Source: Phaeosaccion multiseriatum (Eukaryota > Protista > Ochrophyta, other classes). From it: a stretch of DNA of 64,000 nucleotides. A program made the translations under genes and the position numbers. The stretch's first letter is position 1. Every line of letters starts with the position of its first letter. This document shows, one piece after another, positions 30,396-44,400 of the stretch. The notes below the pieces were generated by a model, which saw only the letters and a list, made by a program, of their open reading frames with translations, had not been told where the DNA came from and made no database searches. Location: assembly GCA_965112735.1 (NCBI GenBank), contig OZ218959.1:558001-622000 (forward strand). Reading direction: 5' to 3'.

Positions 30396-33300
30396 ACCGT
30401 CGCACCTGCCCCACCAGCGCTCCGGCATGTAGTGCGTGTGCGCCGCGATGCGCAGCATGATCTCCTCCGAGTCCGTGGGTCTTCCACTGCCATCCCTGCC
30501 ATCGCCACCCATACCCATACGCCGCCCCGGCTGCAGCTGCGGCTGAGGCAAGGCCGAGGGAGGGGCGTGTACCTCTGGTCCGGCGGCGCTCCGGCTAAAG
30601 GCGTACGTGGCGGAGAATACACCGACATACCACAGAAGGTTCTTGTCCCACAGCTTCACGTAAAGCAGGATAGAGTCGTCAAGCAGAGTAAGGAGGAGGA
30701 GCACGGCCACGAATGACCCGGACACGAAACGTATGGTGCGTAGGATGGATGCGAGGGCAAGGTGTGGAAACTGAGAGAGGTACTCCTCCGTGTGGCGGTA
30801 GGAGCCCTCCAAGCGCCTTTTGTGAAAAGGAGGGGGGGGGAGAGGCGAGAGGAAGGAGGTGGGAGGACGCAAGAAGGGAGGGGGGGTCAGGGGAGGGAGG
30901 GAGGAAGTCGGGAGAGGAGACGGGAGGACAGGGGATGACGAGGGGCGTCAGGAGGGAGGGGGAGAGGGGGGTGTGAGGGCGCGTGAGTGCCATCTGGACG
31001 ACGCACTTGTCAAAGACGTGCTTGAGCTCGTTGAACTCTCTGAAGGTCCACTGCGCGTGGGGACTCCATTGCCGAGGGCCCAGATAGTTCCTGCTGCTGT
31101 GCCAGTCCTGTCGTAGAGGGTGGGGGGGGGTGGGGGTAGCACCAACGTATGTATGATGAGTGTTTGCATCAGCACGCACGTGCATCGGTCCACCCCCCGC
31201 CTTGCCTTGCATTACATTGCATTGCCCGGCCTCCCGGCTACACCTGCGGTCCTCACTCAATCATTCAGTCCGTCACTAAGTCAGTCAGTCCCTCCCTCCC
31301 TCCCTCCCTCCCTCTCTTACTCACTCAATCGCTCAGTCAGTCCCTCACCTCCTCCTTTCCCCTCTTCCTCACTCACTCACTCACTCACTTATCCCTCCCT
31401 CCCTCGCTCACCTGTGCGTTTTGCAGGAAGAAGTAGATGGTCATGAAGAGCAGCAGGAAGGGAAGAAGCGCCACATGCGCCAGCCCCACGAGCACGAAAC
31501 GCCGCCGGAGAGAGGCAGCGTCCGACAGGAAGTCGCGCCGAATGGTGAACTGCATGCAGGCAGGCATATGGGCAGGCAGGGCAGGAGGGCGACAGGCAGG
31601 CAGACAGGCAGGCAGGCAGGGGGGTGGGGGGGAGAGAGCAAGGGTCACTGCCCGTAGTCGCACAGCTGGAGAGCCTGGCCATTCGTTCCGCGGGTATTCA
31701 TCATTGGTTCCACGGGCACACACAAGCACACACGCACACACGCATCGCACACACCTTCTGATTGAACATGTGATTGATGACGCAGAAATTGACGCTCCAC
31801 TCGAGGCTCTTGGTGAGGAATTGGCGTTCGGTGTGGGCCCCGAGAGTGCCCAGCCCTTTGGCGCCGAGGAACGGCAGCGGTAGAGACAGCTTAAGAAGGC
31901 CTTCGCGTCGCAGCCGATGGGAGGGAGCGAGAGGGAGGGGGGGGTTAGGGGAGGGAGGCCAGCAGAGGAGGGATGGCAACAGAAGGCTTGGGTACGGTCT
32001 CCTAACCCCGGAAACTGACACTGAAGCGGCACCTTTGTTGATGAAGGCGATGAAGTAATTGTCCTTCCTCATAATGCGGCTGGCAAGGTCGTGTGCGGTC
32101 AAGTCGCTCTTGTGAATCACCACCTGGTGCAGGAGGGGGGAGGGGGAGGGAAGAGTACAGGAGGGGCTCGATTAGCCTTCGTCTTGCTTTGCTTACTTGT
32201 TGTTTGCTGCTTGCTTGCATGTGAGTCCTGCACAAGCCCAACATTCGGAGGAGCCACGGTGCAGTGCTGAGCCGACTGACCGACAACCACAAACAGCCCC
32301 CCCCCCATGTGCTGACAAAAGCAAAAGGCCTCTCACTCTCACCATGTAGCGGCCGCTGTTGTGCAGCAGCAGAAACTTGTCCACCACCGTGCTCCATGCG
32401 ATGGTCTGCAGCTCGCGAGAGTCGATCTGTAGCCTCCCGCGGTACACTTTGGCAGTGAATGTGTTGAGAAGAGAGTAGGGGCCGGGGGGGGGGGGGGAGG
32501 GTTGCCTTGAGCGAGCGGACGGCAGACGACTGAGGGCTGCTTCTTCTGGCTCGGACCGGACGGACAAGTCACGAGAGAGAGCCTCATACACCTCACACAC
32601 CTCACACACCTCACAGAGTCTCAGAGCCTTCCTTACTCACCCTCGTCCATCTCGAGTGCTTCCTTGACGGTGTACCAGAAGGAGAGAGCACACCAGGCCC
32701 AGTACAGCAGAAAGAGCAGCATGTAGGCCCAGACCCAAAGGTGGAACAGGGACGGCTCCCGCCAAGGCTTCGACGTCACGTACTGCTTACGGCAGGGGCG
32801 CGGAGTATGTACAGAGGGTACGGAGGGAGGGAGGGAGGGAGGGAGGGAGGGAGGGCACGAGGAAGTGGAGTGAAGTGCGTGAGAGGGAGGGGGCACCGGA
32901 GAGTGGGGAAGGAAGGGGGAGAGGGAGGAGGGGACGTGGCGCCACATACAATATTTTCATACGGTTTTTTCAATGCGCTGTGTATGGGGGTGGACTGACT
33001 AAGTGTGCCAGTGACAGTGCAGTGCAGTGACGGTGTGACTGGTATGGATAACGCAGACAAGGAGACGAGACGCGGAATACGTGACCACGGCACGCACACA
33101 CGCACACACAAACGCACGCACGTGATGGAAGTCGCGGCAGCTCTCTTCGTCGCGGCAGGTGCTAAGCTGGCCCCAGTCCACGAAGGCGAAGAGGAAGGCG
33201 CTGAACACGACCGTGAAGGCGAGGATGGCGAGGTTGGCGAGCCCGCGCACAACGATGGGGTACAGGCCTTTGGAGGCGAAGAAGCTGTACATGGACCGGA

Positions 33301-34498
33301 AGAATTGGTCCAGATCGGCCACGGCACCCTGCGAGGGAGGGAGGGAGGGAGGGAGGGAGGGAGGGAGGGAGGGAGGGAGGGAGGGAGGCTTCAGTTCAAG
33401 TCAAGTAGGCCCCACACACTTCAAGCCAACCCCTCCTCCTGCCTCCTCGTGTGAGAGAGCCCGTGCACTCTCTCCACAGCCTTGAGGAGCAGCCCCACGT
33501 GGAAGTTCGTCAAAGTGTCTTTATCGTACCCTTCCCCACCCACGCTCTGGACAGCCTCGCCCATCCTTCCAGTGCCTCTGCTCTCACCCAATCCTCGTCG
33601 TCCCCCAGTTGGTGGTACGCCCCCGCCGAGCTGCCGTCTCCGTTAACACCGTCCCCCTCCCCTTCTTCATCACCCTGCCCCGCCAGCAGCCCGAACTCTG
33701 CCGCCACGTCTCTGAACATTGGTATTCGTCTTGGCGGGCCCGCCCCGCCGCCCGGCGGATCTGCAGCAGCACAGTGCACAGCAGCACAGCACGGAGAAGA
33801 AGCCGGTGCGAGTCAGCAGCAGCAGTTGGTGATACAGCCGCGATAGCAGCATTAGCAAGGGTGTGCCAGGGAGACAGAGGGACGCAGCGGAGCCTGGGCC
33901 TGTGTCTGAGACCGTCTGGCAGCCTCTTCACGTTCAGACCTCTTTCTTCACCCTGTCACTCACCTCCCCTGAACATTTGCCTAAAACTGGCTCCGGCGCC
34001 GGCTCCTAGCCCTTTGCCCGGCAAGCCCCCCATAGACAAGACGTTGGGCCTGCCCACGCCCCGCCCGGTATCTTCCACCCCTGTTCGGCCCCTCCCCACG
34101 CCCATGGGCCTCAAGGCGCCATTGACCTGCCCCAGCACGCCGCCCATACCATTCCTGCCAGCTCTGCCAGGCAGGGCGTTCCGGGCCTGCCATTCGCGCT
34201 GGAGGGCCCCACCCAGGATGCACAGTAGCGAGAGGGGGGGGGGGCAGACCAACAGACAACAGACACGTGGAGAGACCGGAAGAGAGCAGAGCGGAGGTGA
34301 GCGAGCGCCGGGCGACGGAGGGGAGAGGAGGCCGGCGCACCAGAAAGGGCGGTGGGGCTGAGAAGCCTAGGCACACAACGAGAAAACGATACGGAGCGAG
34401 TCGAGGAGCGGAGGAGGGGAGGAGAGCGACAAACTTACCCGCTCATTTCTCTGCAAATCTTGCAGTTCAGCCCAAACGCCTTGGTCATTTTGCGCCAT
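28037..34498 (-). CDS. ATG9: Autophagy protein ATG9, multi-exon, polyQ-rich C-terminus
   Basis: DLDQFFRSMYSFFASKG; TAHDLASRIMRKDNYFIAFINK; LTKSLEWS; RQWSPHAQWTFREFNELKH; ELLSVLFAP...IIDFVENHTVDVPGTGSVCSY; GKMEKSFLNF. The start codon is inferred. Confidence 0.92.
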
Positions 34499-34869
34499 GA
34501 GGAAGGAGGAGGATCGGACCGGCGATACTCCCAACCTCTCCTGCTGCTATTGCTGCTGCTGCAGCTGTGTGTACTTTCTATGTGAAGTCCTCTCTCCTCG
34601 CGGAAGGTCTCTTTCTCGAGCTTCGAGAGGGAGATCCATTTAGACGTTGAGGGGCTGCTTATGCATATCACGCACACCACGAAGAAGGCTCTACGCCATC
34701 AGGCCGGTGGATGGTACAGTTCTACTCGTACTCCGTTGAAAGGGAGCCGAGGCCGAGGTTTTTTTTCTAAGTCAGCAATGCATACGCCCTCTCCCTCTTG
34801 TGACAAAGGCTGCGGCTCTTCTATAATGCAGTAGTTATAGATAAAGTTGTAGAGTGGAGGCAAACAGCC

Positions 34870-35490
34870 ATGTCGAGCAGAGCTGCGGCTTCGGTGCCCA
34901 AGCATACTGTCATTTCCAAGGCGCTCACCATGGGGAGTGAGTACACGGAGGTAAACGATTGATGCATGAATTGAGGGACAACCTCCTCGCCCATCCGCAG
35001 CGGCTTCTCTCCTGATTATGACGCGATTCTTTCCCCTCCCCCCTTCTTCACGCCCTCAGTCCTCTCCTCAGTACGCCAACCGCGCGGGCTTCCTCGCTCC
35101 TCCCTCCCCCCTGCCTCCCTCATTCCTTTCTTTATCTGCTGTCTGTCCATTCAGATGCAGCAGGAGGAGGCCCGTGACGCAGTATACTTTCTGAGGCAGG
35201 TGCTGTCCCTGGTGCTGGGCTTGATGTGGGGCATACTACCGGTGAAGGGGGCATTTGGATTCATGTCGTTCTTCTGTCTACAGTACGGCCTGTCGCTGGC
35301 GTACACCAATTGGTTCATCAGTGTGGCGCCGACGATGGGCGCAGATATCTTGAAGGAGGGGATCCAACCTTGTGTGGGCCTCTTCCTCCTCACTTGGATC
35401 ATGACTTACAGCATCTTGTATGGAGACTTTGAGGCCAATGATCTCATCACGCCAGAGCAGGTAGCGACCGACTCAGCCCCCGAGATGTGA
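34870..35490 (+). CDS. Rab5ip family membrane protein (RAB5IF/C20orf24-like), one intron
   Basis: DAVYFLRQVLSLVLGLMWGILPVKGAFG...ILKEGIQPCVGLFLLTWIMTYS. Confidence 0.8.
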
Positions 35491-35737
35491 ACGAAGCTCG
35501 AGCAGAAGGGAAGGAGGATGCAGGAGGTGACGACGACGTGAAGAAAGGCGGTGCCTCCCTCAGAGCAGGCGGTTAAGGAAGGCCCCCAATCAGCCGAGCC
35601 GAGTGTGTGTGCGGCGAGCAATAGGAGTCAAACAGTGTCAATAGGAGTTATAAACAGTACGTGTGAAGAGCACTGCACCTCTCGCAGCGCTGGGTAGGAG
35701 TGCTGTTGTGCCTCCCCTCACTTCCCCACTCTTGCTA

Positions 35738-38621
35738 TCAATGAATTAATAGACACAGTGTGGAAATTTGGAAGAGAGTCCTGGGCGTTGACGTTTTGCT
35801 CTGCACACAGGTGCTTACCATGGAGGCAGCCAAAGCGGCAGTAGCTGCGATTACGCTGCGTATGATACACCGAAGTCCGATGCCGGCTTCCCTCCACTCG
35901 CTGCGACTTTCGGCAGGGAGGCTCACGTGCCGTGGTTCAAACACGTTTCAACGACAACTTTCACTTCACGTGTTGGTTATCCATTCTAGAGGGATGAAGA
36001 TGCCTGGGCAGCTGCTGGGAACTCGGGTAGCCCCAGCCGTACCGAAAGGTGCCCTTCTATGCGACTGAAAGGAATCGTGACCCACTCGTGCCCGGCGTAC
36101 TGCCCAGGGGCGTAGCTGCCCAGCTCCACCCCGCCCCCGCCCCCCCCTGGGAGGTCGGGCAGGCAAGGCAAGGAAAGCCTTCTCCTCGACGTACCCCTCC
36201 TACGGCTCTGCTCCCGCTGGCACACAACCCCCACCCCAGGGGGCACTCCAAGCCCGTCTGACCTCCACCACTGCTGAGTGCACTGCCGTTGGTTGGCCCT
36301 GCCTCGCAGCTCCTTCCTCACCCCCTTGACCGCGGTGTCGTAGGGCCATCTCCCCGTCTGTGCCAACAACAACAGGGCCTCCTTGAGCCTCCCCACGAGC
36401 TCGACCAGTTTGTCCCTCAGTGCGCCCCCCTCCACCCCCAGAGCCCGGTGCAGGCACGTCGTAACGGCAGGCGAGGAGAGGCGATCGATGAGCTGCCCAA
36501 CGCTCTTAATTCCGCACTGCGACGCCAGGCCTCGAGCCGCCAGCCTCCCTGCACACACCCCCGTCCTCCACCACGCCTCCTCCCTCCGCTCCTCTTGACT
36601 CTGGCCCTGACTGCCATCCGCAGCGACCCCCTGCCCAAGCCTCCTCCAGCGGGCCTCCTCCCCTCCGGTGAGTGCGCTGGCCATGCAGGCGTGCATGAGG
36701 AAGAGCTCGAGCGGCTCCGAGATGAGATGTAAGGAGCTCCAGGGGGCGCAGGTTGGCACGTCGTTGACCTTGTTGTTCACCTGGCCCGTGTACGCATGCA
36801 CAGAAGCCATGGCAGAGCAGCAGCAGCAGCAGCAGAAGCAGCAGGAGTCAATCAGTCAGTCAGTCAGTCAGTCAGTCAGGATGGATGGATAAAGAGCCTC
36901 TCGGACGGACTGGACCACCGGATCGGACTCGTGGCGGTGCGACTTTTAGCATTCCAATGGCTCAATGGTGCATCATGACGTACCTGGGCAACGGTCTGCT
37001 GAGCGAAGCCCGCCTTGAGCGTGCTCCCGCACCGAGGGCACGTTTTGGTGCTTCGGCTCCGTAGCGCCAGACAGGAACGGCACAGATGGTCCTCTACGCT
37101 CAGCCAACTTAGGAACTTGACGGGCGCCTTCCTCGTCTTAGGAGCGGCTGGCGGGGAGGAGCCCTTTTCGGCTGCTTCCCCCGGGGGCAGAGAGGTGCTG
37201 CTGCCATCGAGCTTGACGCCTCGAGGGGCAGGGGGCACGGGGTGCGCGAGACGGAGAGCTTCTTTGGAGGCCAATTCGTTGACAAAGGCCGCCAGCAGAC
37301 GCGTCTCCTCGTCGTGCAGAACGGCTTCGAGGGCAGGGGAGGCGGGGTGGAGGTGTATGGGCAGGGCGGGGGAGGGACACAAGCATATGGGCAGGGCAGG
37401 GGGCGGGGACGGGGGCGCAGAGGTGTGAGACGGACGATACGGTCTCCATCGGCGGCTCACACCGCAGGGGAGGGACATCAATGACTAGACAGCAGCAGGG
37501 GCTGGGCAGGGCCATCAATGACGCCATCGATCACCGTTCCTCACCCGCGGCCATGGCGTCTTGCGCGGCGCGTGCGTCACGAATGGCCAGCGACACTTCC
37601 AGCAGGTACCGCCAGTAACGCCTGCTCAGCTGCCGCTCCAGACTACCGGCGAACTGCCCCACCGGGGGCGTCACGGGCCTGGATCTGTGGTGGCTGCTGC
37701 TGCGCGTCTCTGTCTCTGTCTCCGCCCCTATCGCTTGTTCTATTATCCCTCCCCCCTCCCTCCCCCCCTCTCCCGGGCGGCTCGGACGGGGGTCCGACAG
37801 CGCACGGACGAGAAGGGGGCGAAATTCCCCCCTCTGCAGCACCTGAGGCTCGAACTGGAGCTCGCAGCGCACCAAGGCCATGACGGAGCGTGGGTGCAGA
37901 GCGGCGATGACTTGCGCGTCAACCACGTCGTACAGCTGCAGCAGCTCCCGGTAGCGTAGCGACACGCTCGCTCGCTCACGGCCAAGGGGAGAGGGGCCGG
38001 ACCCTCCTTGCTCGCCTGAGCCGAAGCCTTCTCCACCACCATCGTCGCCGTCGAGCTTTCCCTGCCCTCTCCGCCGCCGCCGCCGCCGCCTCCTGAGTCG
38101 TCTCTCTCGAGCGCTCTGGACGATGCCAGCGGTAGCAGCAGCATGTGGTGATACAGCACTTGCAGACTCGACGCCCCCCCTTGCAGGGAGCACCTCGGGC
38201 AAAGTGCCGCTGAGCGTGCTCAGACCCGCAGGGGAGACTGAGCAGTGGAGGGCATCACGCAGGAGGCTGTCCACCTGCGTCACTAGCTCCAGCCAGCAAC
38301 GAGAGAAGGAAGAAGAGCCAGGAGAGCGAGAGGAAGGAGAAGGTCCAGAGGAACACGAGGAGCCTGGTGCACCACCCCTCCTCCCCTCCCTTCCGCTGAG
38401 GAATCTCTCGTGCAAGCCGAGGAGGTCGGGTGGAGCGGTCTCCATAACGAGCCTCACCAGCTCCTTCTTGGCCTCGGCAAGCTGCCTGCCCCACTGCTGA
38501 AGCCGACGAGCAGCCCTGTTCTCCACTCGGCGGCGGAGGGCGACGCGTTTCTCTCGGCGGTAGTTTACAAATCCAATGGCCCATGTGTCCCAGAACCTCT
38601 GCAGTCCGCACGCAATACACA

Positions 38622-38662
<41 letters not shown>

Positions 38663-41600
38663 GGATGTGCAATGAGGGGGTGAGTGGAGGGGGAGATGAG
38701 AGGGGAGAGGAGCGAGTGCGAGGGGGAGGAGAGAGGAGCGAGTGCGAGGGCTCGCTTGCACAAGTTTAGGTGTGGTGTTTTGTAAAGCATGAGGACAGGA
38801 GCATGAGCCCCTCCCACTTGCCCCAGAGAAGGTGGATGGATGGATGGATGGATGGATGGATGGATGGATGGATGGATGGATGGATGGATGGCAATGGATG
38901 GATGGATGGATGGATGGCAATGGCTGGATGGATGGATGGATCATGATTGACCGGCCCACTCACCTGGATGCGCCTGTTGCAGATGCAGAGGTGATAGAGC
39001 ACGGCCATGCTGTGGTTGGCGTCCACGAAGCTGAGCCCTTTGAGCAGCAACACCCCCCGCAGATGCTCTCGCGCCTCCGCGGATGAGATGTGCACGGGGG
39101 GGCTTCTTCCCCTCCTTTGGTGCTGCTGTATCACCAACTGGCTTTGGCTTGCGGCGGCCGACCCCTCGCACTCACTGCTGCGGCCCCACTCTGTGCTACC
39201 ACTGCTTGGAGCAGGGCCTCCGTGCTCCTCCTCTCGGAGTAACGGACTCGAAGAGACCCCGGGGGGCGCGTCCCACCGGACACCACCATCCTGAAGTGCG
39301 TGGTCTGCCTCGCCATCGTGTTGCCCGTCCTGCTGCTCCCCTCCCCTCGGCTCCCCACCACTTGCACCGCCCCCCCGCCGCCCCCGTCGGGACTCCATGG
39401 CGAGTGCCTCTCCCCAGCCTCTCTCCAAGTCCTCAGCACTCGGTCCATCTTGCGAGTGGAACTGTAACCAGTGGCTCAGGACGGCGCCGCCCTGCTTTCG
39501 AGCTCGTGCGATGGCTGTGCGAGCGCGACAAAGGCGCTGAATGCGAACGATCTCAGGCAGGAAGGTGGCCGCCATCGTCTCCAGCCCCTGCAGGCCCCTT
39601 CTCTTGTGCATGTGGCGCGATTGGTTACGCCGAACGTCCTTCCAGTTGTGGCGTAGCTTGCGGGCCTCAGAGGGAAGCATGGGCGTGCCTAGGAGGTTAA
39701 AGATTAGGCCTGCGAGGCTTTGTTCTATGCCCGCCGCCTGACTAAAGGCGAGCAGGGGGCGCGTAGGTGCGACCAGAGAGTCTGTTGACTGCGACACCAC
39801 AGAGCTAGTGCAGTCACTGTCATCCGGGAGGAACACCGTAGCCCCTGAGACGGGCGGGGGGGGGCTGCGGGAGGGTGGGGCAGTGGTGGGCCAGAGCGCG
39901 GAGGAGAGAGGGCCCGTGGAGGGGGGGGGGTATCAGGTTGAGAGTCGAGAGAGGCGGGCACCGGGAGGAGCGATGCGGTCCTCGCCAGGGACCTGACTCA
40001 CCCTGCGACTGTCCATTGGATGGGCTGAGTGGCGTCTGCCAAGCATTTCGTCCCTCGGAAAGCCGGCGTGCTTGGAAAGGCTGCTGCGGAAGAAGGAGTC
40101 TTCCCTTCGCCTTCGCCTTCGCCTTCTCCTTCTCCTTCTCCTCCCCCGCCAAGCTGCATGCTCTTGGTCACCAAGCCCCCCTCCTCCGCCCCTCCCTCAA
40201 GAGAGCCTGCTTGCAAGGCTGCCTCGACACCGTCCCCTTGAGCATCGACCCCGGGGGGCTGACAGGAGGCACGCAACTCACGCGCCACTCTCGCCCTCCT
40301 TGCCCGATGGCGCAGGAACTCTTGCACCAGCCGGGCTGCCGCGTCTCTGCGTGCCCACTGGATGATGCGCGTCTCCTGGCTTGTGGCCTCGAGGTGTGCC
40401 CCCATTAGCACCTGCTCTCCTCTTAGCTCCAGTTCGGCAGGGGCTGCCACTCTGGTGGATGGAGCAGACGACTCTGCTGCCCCTCCCGTAGCTCCTGCCG
40501 CCCCTGCCCCGGCCAGTCTTTCAAGCCTCCTTGCCTCTCCCTCTACTCCTAATGCTCCTGTCAAAGCCGTAGACGAGAGAGAAGGGCGGCGGCGGAAGGA
40601 GAAGGGGAGGGGGGGGGCTAAGCGCTTCCCACATTGCATCTTTGTGTCCAAGCCGGGGCAGGGGGGCGTGATTGTCACGCCAATGGAGAAGCTGAAGGCC
40701 GTTGCGCCGATCCATCCGATCAACCTGGCCAAATCCACCGACCGTACCCACCTTGCTTTAGGCCGAGTTGGGAGATGACCAAGCCCAACCTTCTGTGTGC
40801 ATTCTCCGCGACCCTCATTTTGGTCATGAGCATGCGTGTCCGGCCGATGTGTCCCCCTGTGTAGCGGTGCGGCTCCATGGCTCCATAGAAGCGCAGGATT
40901 GCCCAAGAGAGGGACGTGAACAGTTTGCGCACCTGATGCCCCCTCACAATGCGCTGCAGCTGAATGGCTGCCCGCCGCCGTAAGTACGCCCCTCTCGGAG
41001 TGCATCCTTCGTTCCGCACCAAGAAGCTCATGAAGCGCGTGCTGAAGCCCCCTTCGCTGTGTGTATCTGCCCCCTCCTCCTCCTCCTCCTCCTTCCGATG
41101 CTCACCACTCCCTTCGCTTAGGCTTAAAAGTGGCCCACCGACGGCCTCGAGAGAGTTTCGCACAGCTTCCATGTGCGTCCTGTGAATGCTTGCCGCGGTG
41201 CCCCCCCTCTCTGCTCCCAGGGCATCCTGCTGCGCTACATTGTCTCCACGACCCCCTCCACAAGTGCCGAGGCGCCGTGACTCTCCCCGTGAGCGAATCT
41301 CATGCCGCACGTCCGCTCTGACCGCCACCATTCCTATAACTCGGTCAAGTGTAGCCAAGATCCCTTGCACGCTCACCACATGCCCGTTCACCTCCTCCTT
41401 CACCCTCTGCCGCCGCAGGTCCCCGGCACTCGGGCCAACAGTGCTGAGGCTGCCACACACCGCCTCATCGCTGAGTTTCCATGATGCTGTCCGCTGCAGC
41501 CCCATTCTACGGACCCTTTCCAGGGTTGAGTCCGCCTGAAGCCCATGCGTGAAACCTTCCACGGCATTGGCACTCCTTTGAAGCCTGTTGGCAGACTTGG

Positions 41601-41991
41601 TGAGCTTCAGTACTTCGCCTCTCAGCCGACGGTTCTCCTCACGATGCTGGCATGAAATTTCTCTTTTGCGCCGGAGCATAACCTCCCGCTCCTGAGCAAG
41701 GAGAGGCCAGAGGGGTAAGAGAGGCGGAGGGAGCAGGGGGAGGGGGGCGGGCGGTGTTCACAAAGGTGTTTGGTGCAGATTATACTTCGCCCCCAGCTTT
41801 ACTACACCCACCTCTGCGAGCTGATACCTCTCAGCATTCGAGAGACCGGACTCGTTGCCGTACAAGAGCTTCCCCACTTCTCGGCCTCGCTCATGATAGA
41901 CCTCGGAGAGTTTATCGACTGCCTTCAGGCTCCTGGGGATGAGGGTGGGGTTGAGGAGAGAAGGCCCCTCACCCCTTCTCTTCCTCGTCAT
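35738..41991 (-). CDS. Large uncharacterised multi-exon protein with coiled-coil and IQ-like motifs (boundaries approximate)
   Basis: Consecutive long minus-strand ORFs bounded by splice sites; [39 protein letters not shown]; a CxxC...CxxC segment near 37.0 kb. Confidence 0.55.
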
Positions 41992-42485
41992 GACCTTCGC
42001 AGAGCGAAGGTGCTTGCTGCTACTGCTCCTGCATTGCAAGCTCCCCTTAGAGGAGATATTAAGGGGAGTTTTACAATAAGGGGGCAATGCAATGGATCTA
42101 AGGGGAGTTTTACAATAAGGGGGCAATGCAATGGATCCCACTTGTAACGCTCGAATGGGCTGTCGCCATTTGTAATCCTCACTTCTGACTTCAGCCGCCC
42201 CTCACACACACACACACACACACACTTTCACACTTTCAGTTTCTTAGGTGATTCCTATTAAGTCAATAAAGTTCCCCCCCCCCTCTGATCGACTCAACCA
42301 GGGCCGAGATGCTGTTTGTTCTTTGACCGCTGCTGCTTCTTGCACCGCTGCTAAAGAGGTGTTGGAGTTGCCGCTCTTATTCTACGATTGAATAAGATTC
42401 CTTGGATTTTATGATTAGTTGATGTAGCGTGGGGACGAGGCTTAGAGGCTTATTACGACCCCAAAGAAACTTAATCGAGCCCCCT

Positions 42486-43846
42486 TCAGTCCATCCTGCA
42501 CTTGAGCTCTCTGCAGCTGACGCCATCAGCAGTTACCAGGTGCACAACCGCCCCGTTGCCGCTGAGGCAGTCCCTCTCCAGCGCGGCCAACAGGCAGCGG
42601 CTCACCGTCTCGAACAGCTCCTCTGGGCCCAGATCAGGCAGATAGTGCGCCTCGCAGAGCCCGTACAGCGATTGGCTTGAGGTGCCTCCCACCGCAAACT
42701 CGTCAGTCTTGAGCATGGCCCCCAGCATGTCCTGGAGCGGGGCGGAGGACGTCGAGGGAGGGGATGATGATGATGATGATGATGATAATGATGCACATCC
42801 GCCCAATACGCATCGTGAGGGGGGGGAGTGGCAGGGAGGGGTGGAGGGAGGGGAGGGAGGGGAGGGCGAGGGCGGCTTCCGTGCCAAACCCTGCCAAGAA
42901 CAGTGTCGCTCCTTTGCCTACCTTCCCCTCCCCTTCCCCTTGGGAGCTCGCTGTTTATGTGTCTTTACCTGCGCACAGATGAAAGGCTTCCCCTTCCTGT
43001 CCAGCCCCGCCACGATAGGCTCTACATAACGCGGAGAAGCTCTGTGGGAGTAGAGCATGCCTGAGAGCAGGCTAGCCGCCACCGCAGGCTCCATGGCCCG
43101 GCCCTCCGCCAGTCTATAGCTGCTCACCTCGGCCGTTAGGTCCTGAGGAGGACGGGGAATTGGGGGGGGGGGGAGGGACAGAGATCCGCGTGAGGGGGGC
43201 AGCACTCCTCCTGGCCATCCCCTGCCATCCCCTGCCATCCCCTGCCATCCCCTGCCATCCCCTGCCCGCTTCGACGAACCGGCAGCACTTGCAGGTTGGC
43301 AGGGAGAAAAGGAAAATGCACGGCTCGGAGCGGATGGAAGCGAGAAAAATGTCGAGGAGAAGCAAGCCTCAATACAGCACGGGAAGAGAACAGCCCAGAG
43401 CAGCTCTTGGTTCGCACCTCCATGAGTGTCTGGACGTCTGTCGTGAGGCCCACAAAGGCGCAGAGCAGTCTACTGCTGAGCTTGAGCACTCTCCTCGCCT
43501 CCGATGACACGAGCTGCTCGCCCAGCCCGAAGCGTCGGTCGACGCCCACGGCCACACAGCCCCGTCCTGAGCAGGGAGGGAAGGGAGGGAAGGGGGGAAG
43601 ACATCAGCTAAAAGTTGGGCTCCGATGGCACACTAAATCGAGCTTGCAACTACAGTACCCACCCGCCATGGCGATGCAGGAGCCACCGTTCAGATCCATA
43701 GGGCTCATCTGCTGAGCGTGGGCGGTGGGTGCTCCAGAGAGCACCACGAGGAGGAGCGGAAGGAGTGCAAGGAGCCATGGGCACACCAAGGGCACCGCAC
43801 TTCTCCTCCCTCTTTTTCTCCCTCCGCGTACTACACTGCCAGACAT
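42486..43846 (-). CDS. PSMB3: 20S proteasome beta-3-like subunit with an N-terminal signal-peptide-like extension
   Basis: MSPMDLNGGSCIAMAG|.GCVAVGVDRRFG...GLTTDVQT...YVEPIVAGLD...KPFIC...LYGLCEAHYLPDLGPEELFETVSRCLLAALERDCLSGNGAVVH...LKCRMD*. Confidence 0.88.
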
Positions 43847-44400
43847 GCCCTGTGCTTCTTGTGGAGGGGATCTGGGGGTGATCAGCAGATCGAGTCTTTG
43901 CGCACCCGGCACGTGCACACTCCAACCTCCAACCCCCCTAATCTCTTATCTCCCCGCGGTAGATACCAATGGGTACCCGTCCAATATCTCCCCACTGAGT
44001 CCACCAGTCCCCCGGCCGGGTGGGTGGGAGAAGATTCAACGCGTTAGCTGCTTTCAGGCCAGCGACCCCTATCCTCTCTCCACCCACACCACCCTCCCCG
44101 CCCCTATCTTGACCAAAAGTAAAAGAGAGACCTTCAAGTGCCATTTGCTGACATAATATGTCGGCCCTGCCAAAAATAATGCTCAACGGGAACGGAGTTT
44201 CTCCGAGGGCCGATATATAACCCAGTGACGGGAGAAGAGGAGGGAAGGCAGACATGCGGGATAACGTGCTTCGGGGTGTATGTGCGAGCGATGTGGCCGC
44301 TTCAGGTGCGGCAGGAGCAGTGGCAGCTGCAGCAAGTAGCAGCCGCTCGCGATATTAACAGTCTCCCCGCCTCAGGCATCCACCTCCCAATCTGAGAGAG

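Noticed and set aside
42060-42138. 39-bp direct duplication (TAAGGGGAGTTTTACAATAAGGGGGCAATGCAATGGATC x2) as a regulatory array
   Set aside because: Only two copies with no spacer; most simply a local tandem duplication.
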